NCBI GenBank assembly: GCA_965365435.1
Contig: CBDUBQ010000026.1
Location: 25,641 to 89,640, forward strand
Source: an uncultured Flavisolibacter sp.
Lineage (GTDB): Bacteria; Bacteroidota; Bacteroidia; Chitinophagales; Chitinophagaceae
Direction of reading: 5' to 3'
DNA length: 64,000 bases
Shown here: positions 8,261-18,110 of the stretch, in pieces
How the letters are laid out: every line of letters begins with the position of its first letter
How positions within the stretch are numbered: position 1 is the stretch's first letter
Notes under the pieces: generated by a model
The model's database searches: none
What the model saw: the letters and a program-made list of their open reading frames with translations, nothing else
Told to the model about the DNA's origin: nothing
Made by a program: the position numbers and the translations under genes

Positions 8261-9724
8261 ATGAAACAATTCATGCTGGCAGCGGCGTTGGCTGCCGCTG
8301 TTCTTACCATCAGCAATTGCGCCCGAAACCCTGTGACCGGCAAACGGCAGGTCGTTACCATGTCCGAAAACCAGGAACTGGCTATGGGACAGGAAGCCGA
8401 TCCGCAGATCGTGGCACAGTTTGGCCTTTATGCCGACTCGGCCCTGCAGCGTTACATGCGCCAGGAAGGACAGCGGATGGCGGCTCTTTCGCACCGCAAC
8501 GATATCAGCTACGGATTCCGGGTGCTAAATTCCAATGTTATTAACGCTTTTGCCATTCCGGGTTATGTGTATTTCACCCGCGGCATTATGGCGCACTTCA
8601 ATAACGAAGCGCAGTTTCAGGGTGTGCTGGGGCACGAGCTGGGACATATTGCCGCCCGGCACACAGTGATTCAGCAGCGCAACCAGATGCTGGGACAATT
8701 TGGTATTCTGGCCGGCGCTATTATTTCGCCGCAGTTTGGCCAGTTTGCTGAAAGTGCCATGCAGGGCCTGCAACTGATGCTGCTCAAAAACAGCCGCGAT
8801 GACGAACGCGAGGCCGACCGGCTGGGCGTGGAATATTCCACCAAAGCCGGCTTTGATGCCACCGAAATGGCTGGATTTTTCAACACCTTAAAGCGGCAGG
8901 GCGAACAAAGTGGGGGAGAGGCCTTGCCGAATCTTCTTTCCACCCACCCCGATCCCGGCGAACGTAACCAAACAGTGGCGCAACTGGCCACCGAATGGAA
9001 ACAAAAGACAAACCTTGCCAATCCAAAAATTAACCGCGAAACCTACCTGCGCCGCATCGAGAACATGGTCTATGGCGAAGACCCGCGGGAAGGTTTTGTA
9101 GAGGCTTCTGTTTTCTATCATCCCGAACTGAAATTCCAGTTCCCGATTCCGCAGGGCTGGCAATACCAGAACACACCGCAAATGGTGCAGATGGCGCCCG
9201 GCGATGGCAAAGCCCTGATGATGCTGATGCTGGCACAGGGAAACGATTTGCAACAGGCTGCGCAAACCACCCTGCAGCAATACGGGCTTACCGCCATTGG
9301 CTCCCGCGAAACCACTATCAATGGTTTTCAAGCTTTACTGGTAGAAGCCCAGCAACAACCGCAACAGCAGCAGCAGCAACAAGGCGCCGCGTTGCGAACG
9401 CTGTCGGCTTTTATCCGGTACAATAATCTTGTTTACCATTTTATCGGCGTGGCCGGTGCGCCCGATTACGGAGCCTATTCGCAATACTTTTTGGGCACCA
9501 TGCAAAACTTCCGCACACTTACCGATGCCGCTAAACTGAACCGCCAGCCCGAACGCATCCGGCTGCGGTCAACGGCATCGGCCACTACGCTGGAACAAGC
9601 CCTCCGTGGTTTTGGTATTCCGGCGGCCCGCCTCAATGAATTTGCCATTTTAAATGGCATGAACCTGAACGACCGCGTGCCGCAGGGCACGATGCTGAAA
9701 GTGATAGGGCAGGGCGCCAATTAA
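8261..9724 (+). CDS. M48-family zinc metalloprotease lipoprotein with C-terminal LysM-like segment
   Basis: HELGHIAARH (HExxH). Lipoprotein-like N-terminus MKQFMLAAALAAAVLTISNC. C-terminus FAILNGMNLNDRVPQGTMLKV. Internal QQQPQQQQQQQ run. Confidence 0.85.
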   Translation: MKQFMLAAALAAAVLTISNCARNPVTGKRQVVTMSENQELAMGQEADPQIVAQFGLYADSALQRYMRQEGQRMAALSHRNDISYGFRVLNSNVINAFAIPGYVYFTRGIMAHFNNEAQFQGVLGHELGHIAARHTVIQQRNQMLGQFGILAGAIISPQFGQFAESAMQGLQLMLLKNSRDDEREADRLGVEYSTKAGFDATEMAGFFNTLKRQGEQSGGEALPNLLSTHPDPGERNQTVAQLATEWKQKTNLANPKINRETYLRRIENMVYGEDPREGFVEASVFYHPELKFQFPIPQGWQYQNTPQMVQMAPGDGKALMMLMLAQGNDLQQAAQTTLQQYGLTAIGSRETTINGFQALLVEAQQQPQQQQQQQGAALRTLSAFIRYNNLVYHFIGVAGAPDYGAYSQYFLGTMQNFRTLTDAAKLNRQPERIRLRSTASATTLEQALRGFGIPAARLNEFAILNGMNLNDRVPQGTMLKVIGQGAN

Positions 9725-9842
9725 ACACAATTTGCAATGAGCAATGAGGCAATAGCAACAGCCTAACGGAAAATGCAGGTGCATCAGAACTTTTGAAGAA
9801 ATTGGTCCGCGAAAACCGAATTGAAAACGGTGGCTACGGATC

Positions 9843-9886
9843 AACGCCAGGGCAGTAAGAACAAGGCTGCCCTGGCGTTTTTTTTT
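9843..9886 (+). terminator. Rho-independent terminator
   Basis: AACGCCAGGGCAG (9843-9855) pairs with CTGCCCTGGCGTT (9867-9879), followed by a T9 run. Confidence 0.8.
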
Positions 9887-9907
9887 GGCGGTGCCATTCC
9901 AAAGCCA

Positions 9908-10798
9908 TCAGTAAGAATTTTCAGCGGTTGAATCGGCCGCTTTTGCAGCGCCGGGATAACGGGTCACCAGCGAAAACTCCAGGTCATCCCGCTTTTTTAG
10001 GAGCTGTAAGAACTGCCGCAACTGAAACGAGTCGGCGCTTTTCTGATATACCTGATCGTGGGCCAGCAGCACCAGGTGGTCTTGGCGTTTTGTTCTTCGT
10101 TTATTAAACACCGAATCCATCTGCCGGATCAGGGTTTCGGCCGGTGTGCTCACACTCATCGTCTGGTGGTCGAAATGCCATTCCAGATCCCAGCCCATCA
10201 ACACAAAGCCGGCTTTTTGCAACGAGTCGGCAGCGGCTTTGCTTTTATTCGCATCGGTAAACTGCAGGGTGTCAATACGCCAGATGTTGCGGCCCGGCGT
10301 GCGGGCAATGGTGTTGTCGAGGCGCAGGCTGTCGTGGGTTCGCCGGAAATCACCCACCACCGAATCGGGCTGCTGGTAGTAGCTTTCATAACGGCCGTGT
10401 GCATGCGAAAAGCTGTGGTTGCACCGGTCCACGTGGGGCATTGTTTTCAGGCTGTCCCATAGCCTTGCCTGCATGGCCGACGCAAACACATGTTCGCCCA
10501 CCACAAAGAACGATACCGGAACGCCTTCGTCCTGCACAATGCGCAACACGTTTCTGGTGCCGCGGTTGGGCCCGTCGTCGAAGGTGATGTACAGTTTCTT
10601 TTTTTTCTTTTTTGCCGCCACCGGCTGTTTTGTTGCCGCTGCCTGCGTGGCACGCAGATGCAGGGATGGCGAAGTGGCCGGCGGAACCCGGCGCTGTAAA
10701 AAAGATTTGTGAAGTGTAAGCGGAAAAAAGAGCAATAAAAGCAGCGCAGCTTTTGTCAGGAGGGTGGCACTGTCGCCCTCGTCATCGGATGTTTCCAT
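9908..10798 (-). CDS. Polysaccharide deacetylase (NodB homology domain), membrane-anchored
   Basis: ITFDDGPN and HSFSH motifs. N-terminal hydrophobic helix AALLLLLFFPLTL. Confidence 0.85.
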   Translation of the reverse strand: METSDDEGDSATLLTKAALLLLLFFPLTLHKSFLQRRVPPATSPSLHLRATQAAATKQPVAAKKKKKKLYITFDDGPNRGTRNVLRIVQDEGVPVSFFVVGEHVFASAMQARLWDSLKTMPHVDRCNHSFSHAHGRYESYYQQPDSVVGDFRRTHDSLRLDNTIARTPGRNIWRIDTLQFTDANKSKAAADSLQKAGFVLMGWDLEWHFDHQTMSVSTPAETLIRQMDSVFNKRRTKRQDHLVLLAHDQVYQKSADSFQLRQFLQLLKKRDDLEFSLVTRYPGAAKAADSTAENSY

Positions 10799-11140
10799 AA
10801 ACTTTTGGGGAAATTGTTTTGCTGAATTTACCCTTGCAAAAAGGCCGTTTGCAAATTCTTTTGGTTAAAGAATTTGTAAACCGTAAAGGTTGTTTTGCCG
10901 GAAAGGCAGAAGGGCGGAAAGAATTATTTTTTTCTCCGACACGGCGGCAGATTTCTTCCAACTACCAAAAAAATAATAGCCATAATCGGTCGCCCTGAAA
11001 ATTTAAAAACAGATGAAATTATTTTACCGCCTTCCTACCTTCCCGGCCACCCTTCTCTCCTTCTTCCCGCCGCCACGCCTACCGAAAAAATTTTACCCGG
11101 TTCTTCCAGAACGTTTATCTTCCGTCCAAAGACTTTATCA

Positions 11141-12487
11141 ATGAAAAAAACAATTGCGGCCGGCCTGTGTTCCATACTGGCTGTTTCTGCTTACGCTCAA
11201 AAAAACTGGGACGCAGTCATCACTTCGGCGGCCGCCAAAATAGAACCGAAATGCATTGAATGGCGGCGGCAACTGCACCAGAACCCGGAGCTGGGCAACC
11301 GCGAATTTAAAACGGCCAAGCTCATTGCCGGGCATTTGCGTTCGCTGGGGCTGGAGGTGAAAGAAGGCGTGGCACATACCGGCGTAGTGGGCATTTTGCG
11401 CGGCGGCAAACCGGGGCCGGTAATTGGCCTGCGGGCCGATATGGATGCCCTGCCGGTACCGGAAAGAGGAAACCTGCCGTTTGCGTCGAAAGCCACAGCC
11501 GAATACAATGGCCAGCAAACACCGGTGATGCATGCCTGCGGACACGATACTCACGTGGCCATGCTGATGAGCGTAGCCGAGATACTCACCGCCAGTAAGG
11601 CCGACCTGGCTGGCACCATCAAGTTTGTGTTTCAGCCGGCCGAAGAAGGTGCGCCGAAAGGCGAAGAAGGCGGTGCGGAACTGATGATCAAGGAAGGCGT
11701 AATGGACAACCCAAAGATTGACGTGATGTTTGGCCTGCACATCAGCGCACAAACCGAAGTGGGAAAGATCACCTATCGCCCCGGTGGTTTTTATGCCGGA
11801 GTGAGTGATATGAAAATCACCGTGAAAGGCCGGCAGGCGCATGGGGCGTCGCCCTGGGATTCGGTGGACCCGATCGTTACTTCCGCCCAAATTGTCAACA
11901 GCCTGCAAACCATCATCAGCCGCAATGTGGATATTACGGAGAATGCCGGCGTGGTCACCATCGGTTCCATTCATGGCGGTGTTCGCAGCAACATTATTCC
12001 TGAGCAGGTGGAGATGATGGGCACCATCCGTTCGCTGTCGAAGCAGCAGGAGGCCTACCAGATTGACCGCATCACCGCCATCGCCAAAAATATTGCCGAA
12101 GCCAACAACGCTACGGCCACCGTAGAGGCGCCGTACAGTTCGCACTACCCGGTTACGTACAACAACGAAACGCTCACGGCGAAAATGCTTCCCTCCCTGC
12201 AAAAGGCGGCAGGCACCGGCAACGTATCCACCATTCCCGCCAAAATGGGAGCGGAAGATTTTTCGTTTTTTGGCGAGAAGGTACCGGCGCTGTTCTTTAA
12301 TGTCGGCGGCATGCCCAAAGGACAAGACCCGAAGAAAACACCCTCACATCATACCCCCGATTTTTTTATTGACGAAAGCGGCATGCAAACCGGCATCAAA
12401 GCCTTTTTGTACCTGGTTACCGATTATATGAACAGCGGCAGCGGCAAAGGCAGCTCATCGAACAAAAAAGTAAGTTCTGCCAAATGA
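11141..12487 (+). CDS. M20-family amidohydrolase (aminoacylase / hippurate-hydrolase type), secreted
   Basis: MHACGHDTH and FQPAEE motifs. Signal peptide MKKTIAAGLCSILAVSAYAQ. Start at the internal ATG 11141 of the track ORF. Confidence 0.9.
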   Translation: MKKTIAAGLCSILAVSAYAQKNWDAVITSAAAKIEPKCIEWRRQLHQNPELGNREFKTAKLIAGHLRSLGLEVKEGVAHTGVVGILRGGKPGPVIGLRADMDALPVPERGNLPFASKATAEYNGQQTPVMHACGHDTHVAMLMSVAEILTASKADLAGTIKFVFQPAEEGAPKGEEGGAELMIKEGVMDNPKIDVMFGLHISAQTEVGKITYRPGGFYAGVSDMKITVKGRQAHGASPWDSVDPIVTSAQIVNSLQTIISRNVDITENAGVVTIGSIHGGVRSNIIPEQVEMMGTIRSLSKQQEAYQIDRITAIAKNIAEANNATATVEAPYSSHYPVTYNNETLTAKMLPSLQKAAGTGNVSTIPAKMGAEDFSFFGEKVPALFFNVGGMPKGQDPKKTPSHHTPDFFIDESGMQTGIKAFLYLVTDYMNSGSGKGSSSNKKVSSAK

Positions 12488-13347
12488 AAAAGTTCGTTGG
12501 TTTGCTGATCGCCTGTTTTTTGCTATTGCAGCTTTCGGCACAAAAAGCCGATAAAGGCCTGCAGCGGAAAATAGAAACCGCCATGCAGGGATTTAGTGGC
12601 GACATTGGCATTTACATTAAAAACCTGAACAACGGAAAAGTTGTTGCCATCAATGCCGATACGGTTTTTCCCACCGCCAGCGTGGTAAAGATCCCGATCC
12701 TGATTGGGGTGATGGATAAGCTCCATCGCGGCGAGCTTGCGTATCACCAGGAACTCACGTACAAAGACTCCCTGCTGTACGAAGGCGTGGATATTCTTGG
12801 CTCTTACAAAAACGGCGAAAAGATTGAACTGAGCAAGGTGCTGATGCTGATGATGACCATGAGCGATAACACGGCCTCGCTCTGGCTGCAAAGCCTTGCC
12901 GGCAGGGGCACCCGCATTAACGAGATCATGGACAGCCTTGGCTTTACTGCCACCCGCGTTAACTCCCGCACGCCAGGCCGCGAGGCGGCCCGCAGCCGCT
13001 TTGGCTGGGGACAAACCACACCCCGCGAAATGGCGCAGCTGGTGGAAAAAATGGTGAGCGGGCAACTTATCAATGCGGAAAAAAGCGAAAAAATGCTGCG
13101 GCTGATGGGCCGCAACTATTGGGATGAAGAAGGACTGTCGCAGATTCCGGCCGGCGTGTTTGTGGCCAGCAAAAACGGGGCAGTGAACGAAAGCCGCAGC
13201 GAAGTGATGTACGTAAACGGCTGTGGTACCCGCTACATTTTTTCGGTGTTTACCAAAAACATTAAAGACCAAAGCTGGAAAGAAAATAACGAAGCGTGGA
13301 CGCTTACACGAAAGCTGTCGAAGCTGGTGTGGGAGTACTTTCAGTAG
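12484..13347 (+). CDS. Class A beta-lactamase-like serine hydrolase
   Basis: SVVK (SxxK), SDN and KNG (KTG-like) motifs in canonical order. Signal peptide present. ATGA overlap with the upstream gene. Confidence 0.8.
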   Translation: MKKFVGLLIACFLLLQLSAQKADKGLQRKIETAMQGFSGDIGIYIKNLNNGKVVAINADTVFPTASVVKIPILIGVMDKLHRGELAYHQELTYKDSLLYEGVDILGSYKNGEKIELSKVLMLMMTMSDNTASLWLQSLAGRGTRINEIMDSLGFTATRVNSRTPGREAARSRFGWGQTTPREMAQLVEKMVSGQLINAEKSEKMLRLMGRNYWDEEGLSQIPAGVFVASKNGAVNESRSEVMYVNGCGTRYIFSVFTKNIKDQSWKENNEAWTLTRKLSKLVWEYFQ

Positions 13348-13354
13348 CTTTATT

Positions 13355-13432
13355 GAACCACAACGACACAGCGGCACCACGAAGCACTAAGCAATCTTTG
13401 TGAAGCTCTGTGCCTTTGTGCCTTCGTGGTTC
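13355..13432. repeat. Imperfect hairpin built from about 8-nt units (nnnGGCAC / GTGCCnnn)
   Basis: Left arm GAACCACAACGACACAGCGGCACCACGAAGCAC. Right arm GTGAAGCTCTGTGCCTTTGTGCCTTCGTGGTTC. The outer 7 bp are perfectly complementary. Confidence 0.6.
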
Positions 13433-13444
13433 AAAAAAATCATC

Positions 13445-14821
13445 ATGCAAGACCTGCACAAAAACCTCCAGTCGCTTCCGTCCTTTTTTGCCACCGGTGC
13501 CACCAGAGAATATGCGTTTCGCAAACAGGCGCTGGAAAACCTGCGCCGCGTTGTGTTGCAGAACGAAGAAGAACTGATGCAGGCCCTGTACACCGACCTG
13601 AAAAAAAACAGGGAAGAAAGCTGGATCACCGAGATTGGTTTTTTGCTGGCTGAAATACGGCATACGCTAAAGCACCTGCGGCGGTGGATGAAGCCACAAA
13701 AGGTAGCCACCAACCTGATGAACCTGCCGGCAAAAAGCTACCTCTACAAAGAGCCGCTGGGCGTGGTGCTGATCATTGGTCCGTGGAACTATCCGTTTCA
13801 GTTGTTACTGACACCGCTGGTTGGTGCTATAGCGGCCGGCAATTGCGCCGTGCTGAAACCCAGCGAGGTCGCCCCTGCCACTGCGGCGGTTATGAAAAAG
13901 ATCATTGCCGGGGCCTTTCCGCCGCATTTTGTTTTGTATGTGGAAGGCGATGGCGCACAAGTGGTGCCTGCCATGATGAACCAGTTCCGGTTCGATCATG
14001 TTTTTTATACCGGCAGCACCACGGTTGGCAAAATCATTTATGAGCTGGCTGCCAAACAACTGGTGCCGGTAACGCTTGAGCTGGGCGGCAAAAGTCCCTG
14101 TGTGGTGGAAAGCGATGCCAATCTTAAAGTGGCGGCCCGCCGCATTGCCATGATCAAGTTTTCCAATGCGGGGCAAATGTGCGTGGCGCCCGATTATGTG
14201 CTGGTGCACCGGAGCATTAAAAAAGAGCTGGTGCAATGGCTGGCAATTGCCATCCGGGATTTTTACACCACCGATCCGTCGGGCAGCGACAGCTATGGAA
14301 AGATCATCAATGAAAAAGCTTTCAACCGGCTGTTGGTGTACCTGAAGCAGGGCACCGTGTTGCACGGCGGAAAAACCGATGCCGATTCGCAGTACATTGA
14401 ACCCACCCTGCTGGAGAATGTGGACATGGAGGCGGCAGTGATGGGCGAGGAAATTTTTGGGCCGCTGCTGCCCATTCTCACTTTTGAAAGCTTTGACGAA
14501 GCAAAGGCCATTATTCAGCGCAATGCCAATCCGCTGGCGTTTTATGTATTTACCGAAAGCCGCGAACGGGAAGAAAAATGGTTGCGGGACATTCCGTTTG
14601 GCGGCGGCTGTGTGAACAATGCGGCTGTACACCTGACCAATTTTAATCTGCCGTTTGGCGGCCGTGGGGCCAGTGGCACCGGCGCCTACCACGGCAAATT
14701 TTCGTTCGATGTGTTCAGCCATCAAAAGGCCGTGATGAAAACGCCAACCTGGTTCGATCCGGCTTTTAAGTACCCGCCATTTACCGGCAAGCTAAAGCTG
14801 CTGAAGAAGATCATGCGGTGA
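13445..14821 (+). CDS. Aldehyde dehydrogenase (class-3-like)
   Basis: ELGGKSP and catalytic-Cys motif GQMCVAPDY. Confidence 0.9.
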   Translation: MQDLHKNLQSLPSFFATGATREYAFRKQALENLRRVVLQNEEELMQALYTDLKKNREESWITEIGFLLAEIRHTLKHLRRWMKPQKVATNLMNLPAKSYLYKEPLGVVLIIGPWNYPFQLLLTPLVGAIAAGNCAVLKPSEVAPATAAVMKKIIAGAFPPHFVLYVEGDGAQVVPAMMNQFRFDHVFYTGSTTVGKIIYELAAKQLVPVTLELGGKSPCVVESDANLKVAARRIAMIKFSNAGQMCVAPDYVLVHRSIKKELVQWLAIAIRDFYTTDPSGSDSYGKIINEKAFNRLLVYLKQGTVLHGGKTDADSQYIEPTLLENVDMEAAVMGEEIFGPLLPILTFESFDEAKAIIQRNANPLAFYVFTESREREEKWLRDIPFGGGCVNNAAVHLTNFNLPFGGRGASGTGAYHGKFSFDVFSHQKAVMKTPTWFDPAFKYPPFTGKLKLLKKIMR

Positions 14822-14842
14822 AATTTTACCCGAAACGGTCTG

Positions 14843-15385
14843 TTATCTTTCCTCGCCTGTTTTTTTCGTTGTCAGCTCTTTTTTCATCAGCCAGTCCCGC
14901 TGCAGGTCGTTGCCGAGCAGAAAGTCGCACTCGCCAAATTTTTCAAAACCCCAGGCGGTGTAAAAATCAATGGCCCGCTGGTTCAGCTCCCAAACGCCCA
15001 GCCACACCACTTCTTTTTGCCTTTCCAGCGCTATGTTCAATGCGGTTTGCATCAGCAGGCGCCCGGCGCCCTTTCCAATGTAAGGCTTGGTGACATAGAG
15101 GCGGGCAATCTCCACCGACGGTGCCCCATTCAGCCCGGCGGGCCGGCGGCCTTCCCGCAGCTTCAGGTAGCCGGCTACTTCACCGGCATCAAAGGCCAAC
15201 ACAAAAGTGTTTTCCGCTGCACCCACTTCCAGCATCAGGCGGCCTTTGGTAAATTGTTCGTCCAGAAATTTCGTCATGTCGGCGGCGGTGTTGTGCGGGG
15301 CAAACGTATCGTAAAAAGTCTGGCGGCTAATGTCGGCCACCAGGGCGGCATCTTGGGTGGTGGCATATCGAAGCGTGAAGTTCAT
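14843..15385 (-). CDS. GNAT-family N-acetyltransferase
   Basis: Start at MNFTLRY. Acetyl-CoA-binding-like segment YIGKGAGRLLM. Typical length of about 180 aa. Confidence 0.8.
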   Translation of the reverse strand: MNFTLRYATTQDAALVADISRQTFYDTFAPHNTAADMTKFLDEQFTKGRLMLEVGAAENTFVLAFDAGEVAGYLKLREGRRPAGLNGAPSVEIARLYVTKPYIGKGAGRLLMQTALNIALERQKEVVWLGVWELNQRAIDFYTAWGFEKFGECDFLLGNDLQRDWLMKKELTTKKTGEER

Positions 15386-15866
15386 AAGGGTAAAGATAAA
15401 TGGCTCCCGCCGGGCTCCCCAAACCCCTCCGGTGGGGAGGCCATCCATTTCACAGCCCCCTGCTTTTCGACAATGGTTTTGTAGGTAAGCTGGTTGCTAA
15501 CGCAAAGGGTGGTGCGTTGTCATCCGGGGGAACGAGGGATCTTTGGGTGGTCCCGTAAGGAATGATGGTGAAGTGTTGTACTGATTGTTGTTTTTCTTCT
15601 TTTTGCAATTCACAGATGCCTCCTTCCTCGGCATGAGAAGCAAAGGGCTGCGTAAGAGCAGGCAAGAAGCTTTGCGAACAGACAAGTGCCTTTCCTTCCC
15701 TGCCTTCTTTGCCCTTTGCGCCTGTGCGTAAAACCAGCCGGAAAAGGGCTCCTCACTTGTCTTTCTTCTATGTGAAACCCTATGTACCTATGATCCTATG
15801 TGGTAAAAAAAACTCCACCACTTCGGCATCAAACCCAATCGGCAAACACTCCGCACAATGCCCAGC

Positions 15867-15898
15867 AGAATTACCAGCCGTACAAGAGTGCGACGCAA
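15867..15898 (+). repeat. Copy 1 of a 32-nt exact repeat AGAATTACCAGCCGTACAAGAGTGCGACGCAA
   Basis: An identical 32-mer occurs at 25948-25979 in the same orientation. Both copies are intergenic. Confidence 0.9.
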
Positions 15899-16054
15899 CG
15901 GAAGCCCCATCTATATTCTATCGCCGGTAACCAAAATAAAAAGCCTGCACCAAAAAACGGATGAAGGCTTACAATAGCATCGTCGCAAAGCGAGGGTCTG
16001 CGCCTGGCTCACTCCCCCACCGGGAGAGCCGGAGGGGGCCGGGCGTTGGGGATG

Positions 16055-16975
16055 CTATAACCGCAATTGCAGTCCCACGCCGATCAATGACTTTACCTGC
16101 AGCGCCGGCGACTTTCCATTTTTGCCGAAAATGCGCACATCATCGTCATAAATAAAATCAATGTTCCAGTTGGCGCTCAACATGCGGGAGATCTTCAGCG
16201 ACAAAACATTGGTCATAAACAGGTCAATGTTCTGCGGGTTGTGGCGGTAATTGGAGAACAGATCGAGACGGGCCCGGTACTGCAGGTTTTTGCTGAACTC
16301 GCGGATGTAGTTGGCGCTGGCAAAGGCACCAAACTCCGAGCTGCTATGCTTGCCGGGCTCCACGCCATAAAGCCCTTTGGCCGACAAGGTATCATTCCTT
16401 ACAATCACCCAGCGGGTGGTGACCGGCGAAATAAACAGCGAAAAGTTGGGCCCCGGCTTGTAATCGAAACCAAGGCTAAAAAGAAGGTAAGCCGGCGACA
16501 GAAAAGCCGACGAAAAGGTTTTGACGTTTTGGGGGTAAGTGTACCCGCGGGCCAGTTGCGAACGGAAATTGCCCAGCGCCGACAGGTTCCAGGCGGAGTC
16601 TATGGCATACCCGTATTTGGACAGAACATCGAGGCGGTCGTCGTTTTTGCGGCTGCCCAGGCTGGTGGTGTTTACATACCCAAAGTTGAAGTCGAGGGTA
16701 TTGTCCCAACTGATTTTGCCTTTTTTGTAAAACGAAAAAAGGTTGAGGTAGGAGGTTAACGTGAGCGAAAAATCATCGCCGCCGGCCGCCCAGTTGCTGA
16801 GCGACCCCTGTGCCAGGTTAAGATTATAGATACCGCCGCGGCGCCAGGCAATGGTATCGGGCCCTTCTTTCTTAATGGTTTTGGCCGCGTCGTTTTTCAG
16901 TTGTTTAATGGTTTTGTCCTGCGCGGAGGCGGACAGGCTGAAGCATAGAAAGCCCAGGAGTAAAACTTTCTTCAT
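16055..16975 (-). CDS. Outer-membrane beta-barrel protein, DUF3078-like
   Basis: Signal peptide MKKVLLLGFLCFSLSASAQ. GSLSNWAAGG motif. Alternating beta pattern to the C-terminus. Confidence 0.65.
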   Translation of the reverse strand: MKKVLLLGFLCFSLSASAQDKTIKQLKNDAAKTIKKEGPDTIAWRRGGIYNLNLAQGSLSNWAAGGDDFSLTLTSYLNLFSFYKKGKISWDNTLDFNFGYVNTTSLGSRKNDDRLDVLSKYGYAIDSAWNLSALGNFRSQLARGYTYPQNVKTFSSAFLSPAYLLFSLGFDYKPGPNFSLFISPVTTRWVIVRNDTLSAKGLYGVEPGKHSSSEFGAFASANYIREFSKNLQYRARLDLFSNYRHNPQNIDLFMTNVLSLKISRMLSANWNIDFIYDDDVRIFGKNGKSPALQVKSLIGVGLQLRL

Positions 16976-17001
16976 AAACAGTGGTGGCTTTAAACGGTGG
17001 G

Positions 17002-17817
17002 TTACAAATCTACATGCCTTCCTTCAACCGGCCCACCAAAAAACAGTGAGCCCCGGGCACTGAAATCGGTTGCCGAATCGGTGGTGTAAAAAGATCTTTC
17101 GCCGCGGCGGGAGATCTTGTTTTCAATTTCGGGATGCCGCTGCAGGTAGTGTTGCAGGCTGCTGGCCACTATCTGCCCCTGCGACAGCAACCTGACGCCG
17201 GGCGGCAGGTGCTTTTTAATTTTTTCTTTCAGCAACGGGTAATGGGTGCAGGCGAGAAGAAGTGTGTCTATTTTTTTATTGCGGTGTAAAATGTTGTCCA
17301 GATGCTTGCGCACAAAAAAATCGGCTCCGTCCGACAGATGTTCGTTGTTTTCTACCAGCGGTACCCACATGGGACAAGCCTCCTGCTCCAGCGTTACGTC
17401 CGGAAAAAACTTCTCAATTTCAATTTCGTAAGAGCGGGACTGCACGGTGCCGGTGGTGGCCAGGATGCCGATGTTTTTTGTGTTGGTGAATTGGCCAATC
17501 ACTTCGGTAGTGGGCCGCAAAACTCCCAACACTCTTGCCGTGGGATGAAGGCGCGGCAAGTCGGCCTGCTGAATGCTGCGCAGCGCTTTTGCGGATGCCG
17601 TGTTGCAGGCCAAAATAATCAACGGACAGTTTTGCTTTAGCAGCCACTGCACACACTGCAGGGTGTAGCGGTACACCGTGTCGAAGCTGCGGGTGCCATA
17701 CGGCGACCGGGCATTGTCGCCCAGGTAGAGATAGTCGTATTGCGGCAGCTTGTTCACCAGCTCCCGCAACACCGTAAGTCCGCCATAACCCGAGTCGAAA
17801 ACGCCGATAGGAGACAT
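17002..17817 (-). CDS. murI: Glutamate racemase
   Basis: GVFDSGYGGLTV, ACNTAS and ACTHYPLL motifs. Start at MSPIGVF. Confidence 0.9.
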   Translation of the reverse strand: MSPIGVFDSGYGGLTVLRELVNKLPQYDYLYLGDNARSPYGTRSFDTVYRYTLQCVQWLLKQNCPLIILACNTASAKALRSIQQADLPRLHPTARVLGVLRPTTEVIGQFTNTKNIGILATTGTVQSRSYEIEIEKFFPDVTLEQEACPMWVPLVENNEHLSDGADFFVRKHLDNILHRNKKIDTLLLACTHYPLLKEKIKKHLPPGVRLLSQGQIVASSLQHYLQRHPEIENKISRRGERSFYTTDSATDFSARGSLFFGGPVEGRHVDL

Positions 17818-17832
17818 ATGGCGAAGATAGTC

Positions 17833-17863
17833 CACGGGTTCACGGGTTCGCAAGTTCACGGTT
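17833..17863. repeat. Tandem 8-nt units (GTTCACnn), left arm of an inverted pair
   Basis: CACGGGTTCACGGGTTCGCAAGTTCACGGTT. The inverted partner is at 18064-18099. Confidence 0.65.
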
Positions 17864-18063
17864 TTTTGTTCGAGGATCAGGGTGTATAAATCCACCAGTT
17901 CATAAAAGCAAAACGGATCCATAATCAAAACGAACGTGAGTACGATTCAAAATCTTTGGGTGATCGGCAGGGTTGGGTTCGAAAATGTGAGGAAATCATT
18001 GCGGGGTAAAAAGACAGAGAACGAATGCGAACCAAGAGACAGCTCCCTTACCTAAGCCCGCGT

Positions 18064-18099
18064 ACCTTGTAAACCTGTAAACACGTGAACTTGTAAACT
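18064..18099. repeat. Tandem 8-nt units (nnGT[GT]AAC), right arm of an inverted pair
   Basis: ACCTTGTAAACCTGTAAACACGTGAACTTGTAAACT. Confidence 0.65.
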
Positions 18100-18110
18100 A
18101 TCTTTATCCC

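Noticed and set aside
10895-11140. N-terminal extensions of track ORFs (10895, 8189, 13400, 17928, 21579, 22318, 30545, 41690, 44270, 45264, 62856)
   Set aside because: In each case an internal ATG gives a canonical signal peptide or the expected family N-terminus, and the extension is low-complexity. I used the internal starts.
11138-12325. Long antisense ORFs opposite well-supported genes: 11138..12325(-), 12523..13380(-), 13805..14725(-), 19034..19795(+), 24928..25887(+), 26144..26896(+), 27087..27875(+), 50293..51156(-), 52138..53049(-), 55501..56577(-)
   Set aside because: Each lies fully inside a gene with clear family motifs on the other strand. Their translations are low-complexity (R/G/A/H-rich) with no motifs. 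These are typical shadow ORFs of moderately GC-rich DNA.
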